DNA of 63,172 nucleotides, the filler included, from Octopus bimaculoides (Eukaryota): NCBI RefSeq assembly GCF_001194135.2. It is 9 parts of 8 records of this genome, joined end to end, with 100 filler letters (N's around TTAATTAATTAA, not from the genome) between each part and the next. Parts side by side here need not be neighbours in the genome. Positions count along the whole stretch, not along the records: positions 26,689 to 41,595 come from NC_068986.1; 8 more parts are not named here. One strand, given 5' to 3'. This document shows, one piece after another, positions 27,488 through 41,105 of this stretch. The notes beneath the pieces were generated by a model. It searched no databases. It saw nothing but the letters and a program-made list of their open reading frames with translations, and had not been told where the DNA came from. Position 1 is the first letter of the stretch. Each line of letters begins with the position of its first letter. The position numbers were made by a program, and so were the translations under genes.

Positions 27488-27618
27488 NNNNNNNNNNNNN
27501 NNNNNNNNNNNNNNNNNNNNNNNNNNNNNNNNNNNNNNNNNNNNNNNNNNNNNNNNNNNNNNNNNNNNNNNNNNNNNNNNNNNNNNNNNNNNNNNNNNNN
27601 NNNNNNNNNNNNNNNNNN

Positions 27619-27814
27619 TCTTGTATATCTCGCTTTAAGCGAGCGCTGTGCTCTTGCGCCTTGGCGCGTAAAACAGCGATACTCTCCGATCGTAGTTCTT
27701 CTTTATCACGAGTCGGCTGGGAACTGCCGTTACTGCTTTCATTTTTATTATCGTCACTCACATCATCAACATCTTTTAATTTCTCAGCAGCTTCCAAAGA
27801 CTTTTTGTGCATAC
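27619..27814 (-). CDS. Vsx: Vsx homeobox gene, last coding exon (5' part): end of CVC plus OAR motif
   Basis: Acceptor ttttgtttttcag at 27815-27816, then GT ATG CAC: (S)MHKKSLEAAEKLKD...KEELRSESIAVLRAKAQEHSARLKRDIQ. EELRxxSIAVLRAKAQEHS matches the Vsx2 OAR motif. Phase is compatible with exon 31022-31202. The exon runs into an N gap at 27488-27618. Confidence 0.95.
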
Positions 27815-29044
27815 CTGAAAAACAAAAACAAAAAAAAAATACAAATAAATTGAAATTAAACATTTCAGATGAGTTTCTTTTTAAAAACATTCAATCATAA
27901 AATGAGATATTAAAAAAAAGACAAGAAAAAAAAAACGAATAGCGAAAGAAAGAAGAAAAAGCAAATCTATTTTCGGTGAAGTTGTAACTGTCATCAAATT
28001 TTCCTATATTCGTACACTTTTAAGGTTTAATGATAGATTTAAAAAAGATAATAATGTAGATAGGATACTTAAATTCTGAGAAAAATTTATTAAGACTTCT
28101 AGAGACGTTCGGTGGATCAGTGTTTTGCCATTCGCAGTCATATCATTCATAGCCAATACGCTAAACTCTACATGTGATAGTATTACAAAGATAATGAATG
28201 TGTTGCAGGTTCACAATGACAAGCTGTGATAGAAACGCCATAGTCTTTATCTACAAAGTGGGAAGTGAAAAAAACCCCCCATCTTTTTCACATCCTTCTC
28301 GCTCTGTTTTTGATGGATTCATCATTGCTGTTGTGTTTTTAAAATGCCATAGAGATCGGTAAGAGCTTTGCAGGACTGATGCTCATCAAATGTACACGGA
28401 AACAACAGGGAACAGATATACTTAAGATATAGTGAGCTCTCTAAACATGTTTAATCAATTAAAATTAAGCTCATAATGAAAAGGAAATCTTTAGTGTTAA
28501 TAATAATTGAGGTAAAGATTGACAAGAGAAGCAACTCTGTAATCCAAATTCGATAAAAAAAAAATTAAACGCATGAGTAATGAGTTTCATCATTAGTAAG
28601 TCAAGTGAAATCCACTGGCATGTTTCCGTCTTATTAGATTACATCATGAATACATAATCTTACTCTTAAGTGGAAAACTAACATTCATAATGAAGCAATT
28701 TAAAATAATGATATGAGAAAATTTTCTGGGAATGTCTTTAACGTGAAGAGGCATGGCTGTGTGGTTAAAATGTCCACCTCGCAACCATTCAGTTTGGGGT
28801 TCAGTCCCACTGCCCAGCTATAGTCCCCGCTCAACTAATGTTTTGTTATTGAATTCGGTGACAGAAACTGTCTAGGCATTTAACCAGGTGCTATAAATTT
28901 TTACACAAATTGAATTATGCCCATAGAAGGTGGAAAAGCAATAGAAATGATAAAGTATCGGACTAAAAGCGCATCAGTATTTGCCATGAACTCTAAATGT
29001 TCCGATTTCATATCCGACTAAGATAAACTTCCATATAAAGTGGG

Positions 29045-29282
29045 AGCTAGTTCCCTTCACTCTATGAAGAGCACATGCCGGCTTACCAGTTAATCTGGCA
29101 TTAATCTTCCTTCCTGGACGGGAAGCCTATCCGTCACAGGATTACTCATTTTTACCAGCTGAGTAGAGTGGAGCAACGTGAAATGAACTGTTTTGCTCAA
29201 GAATACAACGCATCGCCCGGTCTCGGAATCGAAGCCATAATTTTACCATCATGAGTCCAACAGTGGGGGGCAGTTGATGTGT
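29045..29282 (-). mobile_element. Another tRNA-derived SINE-like repeat
   Basis: The reverse strand has ttcgattccgagaccgggc...ttcttgagcaaaacagttcatttcacgttgctcc. Related copies occur at about 15800-15905 (+) and 24600-24810 (-). Confidence 0.55.
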
Positions 29283-30612
29283 CCCGCAATATCATTTGCT
29301 GGTGCTCTCTGAGTTTATAAGTTTTTTAGTGGTAGACGTAATCCGTCACGCTGTTTACTATCCCCACATGATCGTTGGCGATGTTCACTTTGCTGCAAGT
29401 ATCTACACCACCTTCACTAACACTTCCATCAATCTACCACCATCGACTAAAACTTAATTTTATCGAAGACGTAATCGTATTTCGGGTTAGGTCTCCGCTG
29501 TGAAGATAATGTCCTCCTTTCTTACCAAAACTCTTAGAGGCACTGGAATATATTACTAAATCATGGGGGCTGCATAACGGTCTTCAAGTAAACAGTAAAT
29601 AACAACAGCAACCGTAAGATAAGAATATCATATATTGAAAAATATATGCAGACAGACACACATACATATATAAATATNNNNNNNNNNNNNNNNNNNNNNN
29701 NNNNNNNNNNNNNNNNNNNNNNNNNNNNNNNNNNNNNNNNNNNNNNNNNNNNNNNNNNNNNNNNNNNNNNNNNNNNNNNNNNNNNNNNNNNNNNNNNNNN
29801 NNNNNNNNNNNNNNNNNNNNNNNNNNNNNNNNNNNNNNNNNNNNNNNNNNNNNNNNNNNNNNNNNNNNNNNNNNNNNNNNNNNNNNNNNNNNNNNNNNNN
29901 NNNNNNNNNNNNNNNNNNNNNNNNNNNNNNNNNNNNNNNNNNNNNNNNNNNNNNNNNNNNNNNNNNNNNNNNNNNNNNNNNNNNNNNNNNNNNNNNNNNN
30001 NNNNNNNNNNNNNNNNNNNNNNNNNNNNNNNNNNNNNNNNNNNNNNNNNNNNNNNNNNNNNNNNNNNNNNNNNNNNNNNNNNNNNNNNNNNNNNNNNNNN
30101 NNNNNNNNNNNNNNNNNNNNNNNNNNNNNNNNNNNNNNNNNNNNNNNNNNNNNNNNNNNNNNNNNNNNNNNNNNNNNNNNNNNNNNNNNNNNNNNNNNNN
30201 NNNNNNNNNNNNNNNNNNNNNNNNNNNNNNNNNNNNNNNNNNNNNNNNNNNNNNNNNNNNNNNNNNNNNNNNNNNNNNNNNNNNNNNNNNNNNNNNNNNN
30301 NNNNNNNNNNNNNNNNNNNNNNNNNNNNNNNNNNNNNNNNNNNNNNNNNNNNNNNNNNNNNNNNNNNNNNNNNNNNNNNNNNNNNNNNNNNNNNNNNNNN
30401 NNNNNNNNNNNNNNNNNNNNNNNNNNNNNNNNNNNNNNNNNNNNNNNNNNNNNNNNNNNNNNNNNNNNNNNNNNNNNNNNNNNNNNNNNNNNNNNNNNNN
30501 NNNNNNNNNNNNNNNNNNNNNNNNNNNNNNNNNNNNNNNNNNNNNNNNNNNNNNNNNNNNNNNNNNNNNNNNNNNNNNNNNNNNNNNNNNNNNNNNNNNN
30601 NNNNNNNNNNNN

Positions 30613-30650
<38 letters not shown>

Positions 30651-31016
30651 TTACACATACTCATGTGTATACATATATACAGTATGTGTAATTCGAACAG
30701 TCATTTATTCAGGCATATATATATAAATATTTGGAATGTTTGTTAATCAGTTTAATCCTTTCTAATTTTGGCACAACGTGAGGAAAGGCTTGGAATTTTG
30801 GGAGGAGGTTAGTCGATTACATTGGTCCCTGCGCTAACTGGTAATTAATTTATTAACCCTGAAAGGATGAAAAGCAGAGTCACCCTTGTATGGCTATATC
30901 TTTACCAACGCGCGCTCGCACACACACACGCAGAGGCTCGAATATACTCATACACACACATACCTAAGTGAAGTATATATATTTTTTCTACGTTTGAAAC
31001 TGGTTTTATGTTTTCA

Positions 31017-31202
<186 letters not shown>

Positions 31203-31296
31203 CTAAATTAAAAGGAAAATAAGGTAAGTATTAGTGAGTTCGAACACAGACACAAAGAACAGAAGATTTTTAATAATGTATTAATAATAATAATAA

Positions 31297-31533
31297 GGTG
31301 CCTTAGGTATAATAAAAAAATATTCAGACAAATACATAACAAAAACACCAGGACTTACAAATATATATAACATACAGAAAATTGCACTACTGGGCACTGC
31401 ACACATCCTACGCAAAACACTTTCAATACAGTAACCATAAGAGCATCACAGCAAACCACAGCACATACCCAAGGCACACAGAGCTGCGCTCTGTAGTGAA
31501 GTGAAAGCACGTTATAAAAATAAAACTACTGAA
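31297..31533 (+). mobile_element. Second R4/Dong-like 3' fragment, in the Vsx intron
   Basis: Near-identical to 18810-19040 and embedded in (TAA)n. Confidence 0.8.
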
Positions 31534-31534
31534 C

Positions 31535-31593
<59 letters not shown>

Positions 31594-31952
31594 TAATAAA
31601 AAAAATAATAATGGTTTCAAATCTTGGCACAAGGTCAGCATTTCCGGAGAGTGGGTAAGTTGATTAAATCGAACCCCAGTGCTTTTAATGGTACTTATTT
31701 TATGGACCCCAAAAGAAGCTTCTGATTTAGGTAAAAGGCCAACAATTTTAAGGGGAAGGGTGTAGTCTCTGCCATACGCACCAGTATTTGACTAACACTT
31801 TATTTTATGGACTCTGAAAGGGTGAAAACCAAAATGTTATGCAAAGGGTCAGAAAAAAATAGTGCAAGACATTTTATCAGACGTTCTAACTGGTCTGCCA
31901 ACTGGCCGCTTTAATAACAGCAGCAGCAACAACAACAACAACAACAACAACA

Positions 31953-32003
<51 letters not shown>

Positions 32004-33471
32004 GTGGTGAAAATATTATTGCTCTGATGCAGCACCATGCTTCTGATCTTAACTGATTAGGAGTGTTATGTACATGTTTTGTCTTATTGTAAAGGAAGGA
32101 CTACAGCACACAGATTGCTTGTCAGTTGCTTGACCTTAACCAGTTGAGCACGTCCCTTAGTGGCTGACGATAATGCATCTCTGATCATGAGCAGGAGTAG
32201 TGGGGAAGCATCATAGCCATGTGTCGAGAGGAATTCTTTGGAGTTTGAATAATTCATCTCGGAGACATGGGTGTTTCGTTCATCATCCTTAAACAACCTT
32301 TTACTTAGGGACCTTGTGAGCAGGATTGGCTACTCAACCTGAGGAAAAATTAAACTGGGCGCCATCTACAAGGTCATGCGCTGTTTATCTTGACATGAGT
32401 TCACCATGTTGCGTACGTATTTTAATGTTTGTGCCTGGTTACCTTTATCAGATGGGTGGTCATGATGGGTACATTGGGCTTCGTATATTTGTACCCCTGT
32501 GTCACTTTCATGGCATGCGCTGTCCTCTCAGTCAATAATAGTAATAACTTTACCATCGGCCACGTTCAGTCTGAGGAGGTAGAACAGCGCCCGTAAAACC
32601 TTTTAGGGATTTTCAGGATGGTGTGAGGAAGGGAGAAGGGAAGAAAACTGGAAACGTAGCCCAAATGCTTACAACACAACGGGCCCTGGAAAAGGCACCG
32701 AAGGTCTAGCTACTGGTGTTAAACCGGCGACGAATTAAAAACAATCTTACCCAACGGGGAAGATGTAATCAATGATATCGACCCCAGTACTCAAAGAGCT
32801 CTTATTTCAACTATCCCTGAATAATGAAAGATAAAGTTGACCTCGAAAGCATTTAAACTCAGAACGATGGAACTTTAGGTGCAAAATCTGCATGTCCCTA
32901 CAGAGCTATTTTAGACAAAAGTCATTTTAGAAGATTATCTAGAAATGTATTCTTTACGCTACGTAGTTCTCAGAGGCACACACTCCTTGAGTATGTATGT
33001 AACAGCTGATACTTTCCAAACATGCGGCAGCGTCGTTAGGACGCCGGGCAAAATGTATTTAGGTTCTGAGATCAAATTCCGCTGTGGTGATCTTTGTCTT
33101 TCATACTTTAGGGGTCGATAAATTAAGTACTAGTTAAACACTGGGATCGATGTAATCGACTAACCCCCTCCCCGAACTTGCTGGCGTCGACCTAAAATAT
33201 GAAATCAGTTTTATTATCAGTAATTCATCATTTCGGGGCCAAACTGTCTGTTGAGCGCTGAGGTCGAAGTAATTCCCCGTCGCCGCCCCTAAAATTTAAG
33301 GTCATGTGCCTATAGTACAAAGGATCATTATAATTAACCCTATCTTATGTATGAGTACTTCTCCTTCATGTCACTATATAAATAGTAGTACACACAAATT
33401 CACAGATACATGTCTGTGGGCGCTATCGTTTATAGAAATAGGAATAAAATACCCTCAATAAATAGAGCAGA

Positions 33472-33473
<2 letters not shown>

Positions 33474-33534
<61 letters not shown>

Positions 33535-33549
33535 TATAATAATAATAAT

Positions 33550-33599
<50 letters not shown>

Positions 33600-33600
33600 T
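33474..33600. repeat. (AAT)n microsatellite, representative of dozens of TA, CA, AAT, GAT, GATA and TACA tracts
   Basis: Visible directly in the sequence. Confidence 0.95.
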
Positions 33601-33818
33601 AATCCTTTCTACTAAAGGCACAAGGCCTTAAATTTTTTGGGGGAGGGAATAAGTCGATTACATCGACTCCAGTGTTTCACTGGTACTTAATTTATCGACC
33701 CCGAAAGGATGAAAGGCAAAGTGGACCTCGGCGGAATTTGAACTCAGAACGTAATGACGGACGAAATGCCGCTAAGCATTTCGCCCCGGCGTGCTAACGA
33801 TTCTGTCAGTTGGTCACC

Positions 33819-33867
<49 letters not shown>

Positions 33868-34440
33868 GAGTTTCAATTTTTGCCACTAAGGTAGCAATTT
33901 TGGGGGAGGGGATGAATTAATTACATCGACCCCAATCTTCAACTGGTACTTAATTTATCGAGCCCGAAAGGATGAAAGGCAAAGTCGACCTGGGCAGAAT
34001 TTGAACTCTGGACGTAGCGACGGGTGAAATATCGCTAAGCATTTCGTCCAGACTGCTAACGATTCAGCCGGCTCGCCGCCTTAATAACGACAGCAACAAC
34101 AACAACAACAACAACAACAACTATAATAATAATAATCCTTTCTACTATAGGCACAAGGTCAGCAATTTCGGGACAGAGGTTAAGTCATTTACATCAGTCC
34201 CAGTGCTCAACTGGTGCTTATTTCATTGTCCCAGAAAGGATGAAAAGCAAACTCAACATCAGCAGAATTTGAACGCAGAGCATAAAGACGGATAAAATAC
34301 CAGCGTGTTAACGATTCAGCCCCGAAAGGATGAAAGGCAAAGGCGACCACAGCGGAATTTGAACTCAGAACAGAAAGGCGAACGAAATGCTGCTAAGCAT
34401 TTTGTCCAGCGTGCTCACATTCTGTCAGCACGTCGCCTAA
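33598..34440 (-). mobile_element. Four head-to-tail family A SINE copies (partly truncated) with (TAA)n/(CAA)n spacers
   Basis: Same unit repeated from about 33600, 33870, 34135 and 34320. Confidence 0.85.
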
Positions 34441-35171
34441 GAATTAATAATAATAATAATGGCAGTCAGAAGAAACCAAGGATTTCCACCGTCGTTCACA
34501 TTGAGTTTCGCTAACGAATCATTCTAAACAACCTTACATATTCCTTTAAGATACAATATATAATAGATAAGTGTGTTCATATGCTATGTTGCAAATTTTT
34601 GTTTCAAGCACGTCATGTTTAAAAATATGACGATAACTCATCTTTATAAAAACATTATTCGAATCTAGTGGACTTTATGGATTTTATCTTTTCCTCATTT
34701 TCCTATGGAAGCTACAATAATTGCCCCAAATGTGTACGCTTCGACTATTGCTCACTCATTATCAAAATTTAGTTCTGAAGATCGTATGTACGTCATTCTG
34801 TGCTTCCTTAATTTGAATATATATGGTTTTGCCTGGTACAATCTGACGTGACACCAATGCGTACGTGCACGCACGCTCGCAAAAACACTCGTTCACGCAA
34901 ACACACACGCACGCACGCACACACACACGCACACACACACACATACACATACGAGCAAGACATACACATACGAGCAAGACATGCACATATAAAAGTGCCA
35001 ATACACACATATAAAAGTGTATGCAAATATGTCTGCGTTGCGTATTTTTCTACATGTGCATGTATGCGTATGTATGTATGTGTGTGTATGTATGTGTGTG
35101 TGTATTTGTAAGTACAAGCAAGCATATGTACACGTATGTACATGCATGCATACATGTACACATATACACGA

Positions 35172-35227
<56 letters not shown>

Positions 35228-35899
35228 ATATATATCGGCATATATTGTAATCTTGTGTGTATATGTGTGCATTTGCTGCGTTCATTATATTACATACTTG
35301 CAGCAATAACCATAGCGACTGCATCACCGCCAAAGTGGCGAAATTTTAAGCCATTATCATCAAATGTACGCTTAGCAATATTGTCATTATTTCGGTCCGT
35401 AGAATTTGGTTTGGCAAGTATAACACATACAGATCCAGATACACATACACAGACATAAACATATACATATTTTATATACATACGTACATAAATTCATATA
35501 TATCATATTATATAATATATGTATACACACACACACACGCACACACATATGCACATGCGTGCATACGCACACTTGTAAATGAATGTTACAGAAACGCACC
35601 AAACTGATTGAAGGCCAAATTAGGCTCGCTTCGAAGATTTCATGCTAACATACATACACGCTCTAACACGTGCATGTAAAATGTCTCCCCCTCCCTTTTT
35701 CTCTTCTTTTCTCTCCTTCTTCTCCATTCTCTGGCTACTCTCTGTCTTCTGTCCTCTTTTTAATAGATAGGTCAATGTTTATGAGACATGAGCATGTAGA
35801 AAACAACGCCAGTTAATTTAAATTAGATAAGCGTTTAGGTAACAAGCTGACAGCTGAGCCGATTTGCTCATTATATATATATATATATATATATACTAT

Positions 35900-36101
35900 T
35901 TTACTCTATTACTTGTTTCAGTCATTTGACTGCGGCTATGCTGGAGCACCACCTTTATAGTCGAGCAAATCGATCCCAGAGCTTATTCTTTGTAAGCCTA
36001 GTACTTATTTTATCGGCCTCTTTTGCCGAACCGCTAAGTTACGGGGACGTAAACACACCAGCTTCGGTTGTCAAGCAACGCTAGAAGGACAAATAGACAC
36101 A

Positions 36102-36200
<99 letters not shown>

Positions 36201-36372
36201 GTATACATGTATATATATATATATATACATATACATATACGACGGGCTTCTTCCAGTTTCCGTCTACCAAATCCACTCACAAGGCTTTGGTCGGCCCGAG
36301 GCTATAGTAGAAGACACTTGCCCAAGGTGCCATGTGGTTGGTAAGCAAGCTACTTACCACACAGCCACTCCT
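35900..36372 (-). mobile_element. CORE-type SINE, family B (OR-like), full length with internal (CA)n/(TA)n
   Basis: The reverse strand reads ggagtggctgtgtggtaagtagcttgc...ggcaccttgggcaagtgtcttctactatagcctcggg (tRNA head and CORE-like block), then a microsatellite, then a tail ending cagtcaaatgactgaaacaagtaa. Confidence 0.8.
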
Positions 36373-36934
36373 TCGGCAATATATATATATAGTAAAGAAA
36401 TTAGATAAAATTATAGGGAATCACTCCATTATTGTTTTTATCATTTAGGAGAATCACTATAGAGTCGATATTTGTTCCGACTTTGTATATCCTGAGTTCC
36501 AATTCCATCGAGGACAACTTTTGGTTTTAATATTTTCGGAGTTGATAAAATATATTACTTAGCACTAGGGTTCGGTGGTATCGGTTAATCGCTTCTCCTC
36601 AAAATTGCCAGCCTTGTACCAACATTCAGTATTATTACTGAGTTTAAACCCTGCCCTGTTCTACATCTTTTATTTTGTATGGCATTTAGTGTGCCTTTAT
36701 TCGTTGTTGTTATCCAAATTCATTCCACTAGCCACTCTGAGTAATTTCTCTAAGCTCATTTTTGATTACATACAAACATACATACATACATACATACTTG
36801 TACACACACACACACACACGCGCGCGCGCACACACACACACACATACATACACACAATACACACATACATACGTACGTACATACATACATACATACATAC
36901 ATGCTTATTCTTTTATTCTCATACAATATTCTTT

Positions 36935-37330
36935 TATTTTCTGACTTGTTTCAATCATTAGACTGCAGCTATGCTGGAGCACCGCTTTGAAGAATTTTAG
37001 TCGAATGAATTGACCCAAGTACTTATTTTTTTAAGCCTGTTTATTATTCTATCCGTTTATTTTGTCGAACCACTAAGTTAGGGGAATGTAAACACACCAA
37101 CACCGGTTGTCAAGTGTTTGTGGGGGGACAAACCCAGATACAAAGACACACACACACACACAGGTACACACAAGCACACACACACATACGACGGGCTTCT
37201 AGTTTCCGTCTACTAAATCCACTCATAAGGGTTTGGGCGGCCCGAGGCTATAGCAGAAAACACTTGCCCAAGGTGCCACGCAGTGGGTGTGATCCCGGAC
37301 CCATGTGGTTAAGAAGCAAGTTTCTTACCA
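36935..37330 (-). mobile_element. Family B SINE
   Basis: Same architecture as 35900-36372. Confidence 0.8.
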
Positions 37331-37789
37331 CCCATTTACTTATTACAGAATTGAATCAAATTGATGGCTAAAAGACTATTGGTCTGATTATGGAATTATA
37401 TAAGCTAGCATATTCTACGAATAATTTCACTCCAGTCAGTAAGCAGTTTGTGAAGAGACTACTAGAGTAAGCGGAAGATGTTGGAAAGTTTTCTTCTGTG
37501 ATTCTGATTTGACGGAAAGGACCATTACAGAACTTAAACACGTTTAATCCTACCTAAGGTGAAACATACACAACCTTTTGAACTCGACCTTTTAAACATG
37601 AAAGCTCACACACGTTTTTGTAATCCACTAATACTTTTTAAAACAACCTTAGAGCTGAGATTAGGTTATTATAGTCATTTACAAAACAAATAGCCTTTGT
37701 GAAGTACAAAACAACACCTATAAATAATTATTTAATAATGATATTGCTAAAAATTATATAAAAAAGAAAGAATAGCCAAAAAACCCACA

Positions 37790-38770
37790 ATGTAAACATT
37801 GGGTCACAAAAAATAAAAACAATAGTGTAGACTTATTTGCTAAACGTGAAGCGGAGATTATAATTAAGAATCACAAACAGAATGTCAGTATGCAGTCGTT
37901 CGATAACACCGATATTTACGATCTTATAAGCTTACATATACTAGACACGTTAGGAATCTTGCCGCATCAAATGTCGAATTACATAGAGATAATGGGCTGG
38001 ACGTATTACAGTATACTAGTGAACATGCACTAGACAGATACATGCCAAAGACTACTTAGGGACGTTAATAGAAAATTTTCCAAACTCTCATCTAGCAAAG
38101 AAATCTTCGAAAAGAACAATACTGGTTTAGCTGATGTTGGGGGTCAAAGATAAGATTATCCACACACTTAATCAATTGTCTTCTCATACTAAGAAGAGCC
38201 ACCGTAAAACCATTTGTCTCATACTCACTTTTTCCGAAGACTTAAAGTAAAATATTTCTTGAAACTTTCTAAGCCTGATAAATAGACAATACCCCGTAAA
38301 CACCATCTCAGAAGACTTTAACTGGAATAGCCTAAAGGTGAGTTATAGCATTACTTCTAACGTGAAAAAAATAATGCTATAAAACAAGCAAAATGTATAG
38401 AGTCGAAGTGCACATGTAGAAACATTAATGCATAGCCACTCATTCAATCAAGCAGTATAGGAAACAGAAATAAGCTCTACTAAACTGAAGCGCACTATTA
38501 AGCGTAAATGCTATAATGGTGTGATGAAAGTTAAGTTTACGCAATATTGCTTCGACCGCAACATCTTTTTGACACACAGAAGCGTTAACTATAGCATTTA
38601 GAATAGCATGGTACTGAGTTTAACATCAAGTGGAAAATCCTAGGGAGAGACAAGGCATATATCATTGTGTCTAATAGATGTAACTTATGTACAGTTGAAC
38701 AGAGGCACATCTAGAATAGTATCAATAATTCCGTGGATTATCAATGCGCATAAGTGTTAATGATATTGAG
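37790..38770 (+). mobile_element. Degenerate Penelope-like retroelement (RT plus GIY-YIG remnant)
   Basis: Frameshifted pieces: SFDNTDIYDLISLHILDTL (cf. GSYDGAEVCELVGLYIL), HRDNGL (cf. YRDDGL), FNWNSLKVSYS (cf. FNRNTVKVSYS) and FNIKWKILGRDKAY...RCNLCTVEQ (cf. IKWKIL...CNLCLTEK). Confidence 0.75.
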
Positions 38771-39918
38771 TCTCTTACCAAGCTTTATTAAGCAGCTTTC
38801 TATGATCAAAAGCATTCCAGCCGTGATCTTACCATCCTTTCCCCAATGAAATACATTATCTAATACGTCCTGCCTTTATTTAAGATAGTAAAATAGCAGG
38901 TAATAATTATTGTAGTGCTAATTTTTCAAAAAGACTGTATTGTATGAGTGGAGCGAGATTTGGCTGCTATTTCTAATAAGTGAAACAGCCTTATAGAGGA
39001 CCCCTTGTTGGGGTGTTCATTATAAGAATTTGTAATTGGTAAACAGCAAACCACAAACCAGATTTTTAGAGTGAGTGGATCAGTTGATAATACCAACTCC
39101 AGCATTTGCTACTTATTTTATCGACACCGGCAGTTAACCTCCGCGAAAGTTGTAAACGAAAGTTGTGCTGTAATATACTAACGAAGACAAAGTACCTACG
39201 TTGTCGTTAGATCTGCAGGAAATAACAGCAAAATCTCACTCAGATTATATATAAATGTCTATATTTTCCTTCACTTCTTCATCTGACAACTCTATTTACA
39301 TTCCGCCAAACATAACCGTTCCGTCAGACATAACGCCATTCAAGGATACCTCTACATGGTCGCTCAGCCTGTTAGAAATAACAATCAAATCTCCGTAAAA
39401 ATTAAACTCCCACCAGCTTAGAAAAAGACAGTGGATAATACCATCATAGCTTTCCAGCACATAACGAGAAAACAACGGGCTGGCCACAGCTAATGTGCCG
39501 TTGATCATAAATTGCTGGATTTTGGTTATCGGCAACACAATAACCCCATCAATAACAATTTTCGGAAAAACCCTTTCCCTAAAACTTATGTGCTCAGTCC
39601 ACAGCCACTGCAGCCACTGCCCTCAATTAGCCGAAAGCAATTCGCTACAATGTTACAGAATCGAGGTCGGGCTAATCGGGCTGATAACAGCATGAAAGTT
39701 GAAGAAATAGGATGCCTGTTATCTTCAGATAGGTATAAAGAGAATCAGTGATGCATGAAGTGAAACAGTTGCCAATTTATTCATTGAAGCAATGCTCTTA
39801 TAAAGATAGTTCGTTTTGGTGGCGCTGGTGTTGTTATATTGGTTATCATACGCCTATGCCGTTATGGTAGCCATCATGCACCTACATACATATACATATA
39901 CATACATGTATACATACA

Positions 39919-39954
<36 letters not shown>

Positions 39955-39998
39955 CATGACACTGACACTCCACACACATAGATAGATATACATATACG

Positions 39999-40054
<56 letters not shown>

Positions 40055-40062
40055 CCTATCTA

Positions 40063-40097
<35 letters not shown>

Positions 40098-41005
40098 GCC
40101 AGTCTGTCTGTCTGTCTGTCTGCCTGCATGTCTGTTTGTCTGTCTGTCTGTCTATCTTTCTGTATAGATGTGTGTGCGCGCGCGCATGTCTGTGTTTGTC
40201 CCTCAAGGGTTGACAATCCGTGTTTACAGCCAAAGGTCTCGATAGAATAAGTACTAGATTTAAAATAAGTACTGGGGGTAACTTCTTCGACAAACACAAC
40301 TGGGTTATGCTACAGAATGGTCGCAACTCAGTAACCGAAGCAAAGTAAAGCATTTCAAATAATAGCACGTTTTTAAAAACATACTGTTTCGGTGGTGATT
40401 TTACTGCTATTTCTAGCAGAAAGACCGACCACTTGGCACGGCTTCTTCATTGGCTCTTGTCAAACTGGCCGCTGCTGTCATTGTCCTAATTAAGCTGATG
40501 ACGGTTTGCAGCTCTTTCAAGCATGGCTGACTTATTTATTAAGGCTGGCTGCTTTCTTCATCTTTTCCCCGTCTCCTTTTTTCTTCACACAAGTTACTTA
40601 AGATAACTAGCCCTGTTGACTGAGCACACTAGACACGAATTGCTCAGACACACAGCAGGACACAAGACCACCACCACCACCACCACCACCGTTGTCATCA
40701 TCATCATCGTCGTCGTCGTCGTCTCTTTCTTGCTTTTCGTTCATGCACAAACACACGCCCGTGTGTATCTTTTTCTTCCTATGCTTATTAGAACATGTAC
40801 TAGTCATCCTTTCGCCTTTTCTATAAACGCTGTTATACTGTTATACTGTTATACTTATTATACTTATTATACTGTTATACTTATTTCCTAAGAGTCTTCA
40901 CCAATGTTGTCTTAAACTAATACAAAGATAGCCATAGAAACACACATAAAACAGAACATAAGTCTTGCATAGTAAATACATGCGTATTTGTAAGTAAGCA
41001 TATTT

Positions 41006-41105
<100 letters not shown>

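Noticed and set aside
29561-30664. Long ORFs (up to 367 aa) spanning N runs or TA/CA tracts here and elsewhere
   Set aside because: Artefacts of translating gaps and dinucleotide repeats.
34762-34860. Peptide IKEAQNDVHTIFRTKF superficially recalling KEAHYPDVY and RTIF of the homeodomain
   Set aside because: Motif order and residues do not fit, and there are no splice sites. Chance similarity.
35290-35425. Non-repetitive minus-strand peptide LAKPNSTDRNNDNIAKRTFDDNGLKFRHFGGDAVAMVIAA ending at a GTATGT donor
   Set aside because: No AG acceptor upstream and no recognisable homology.
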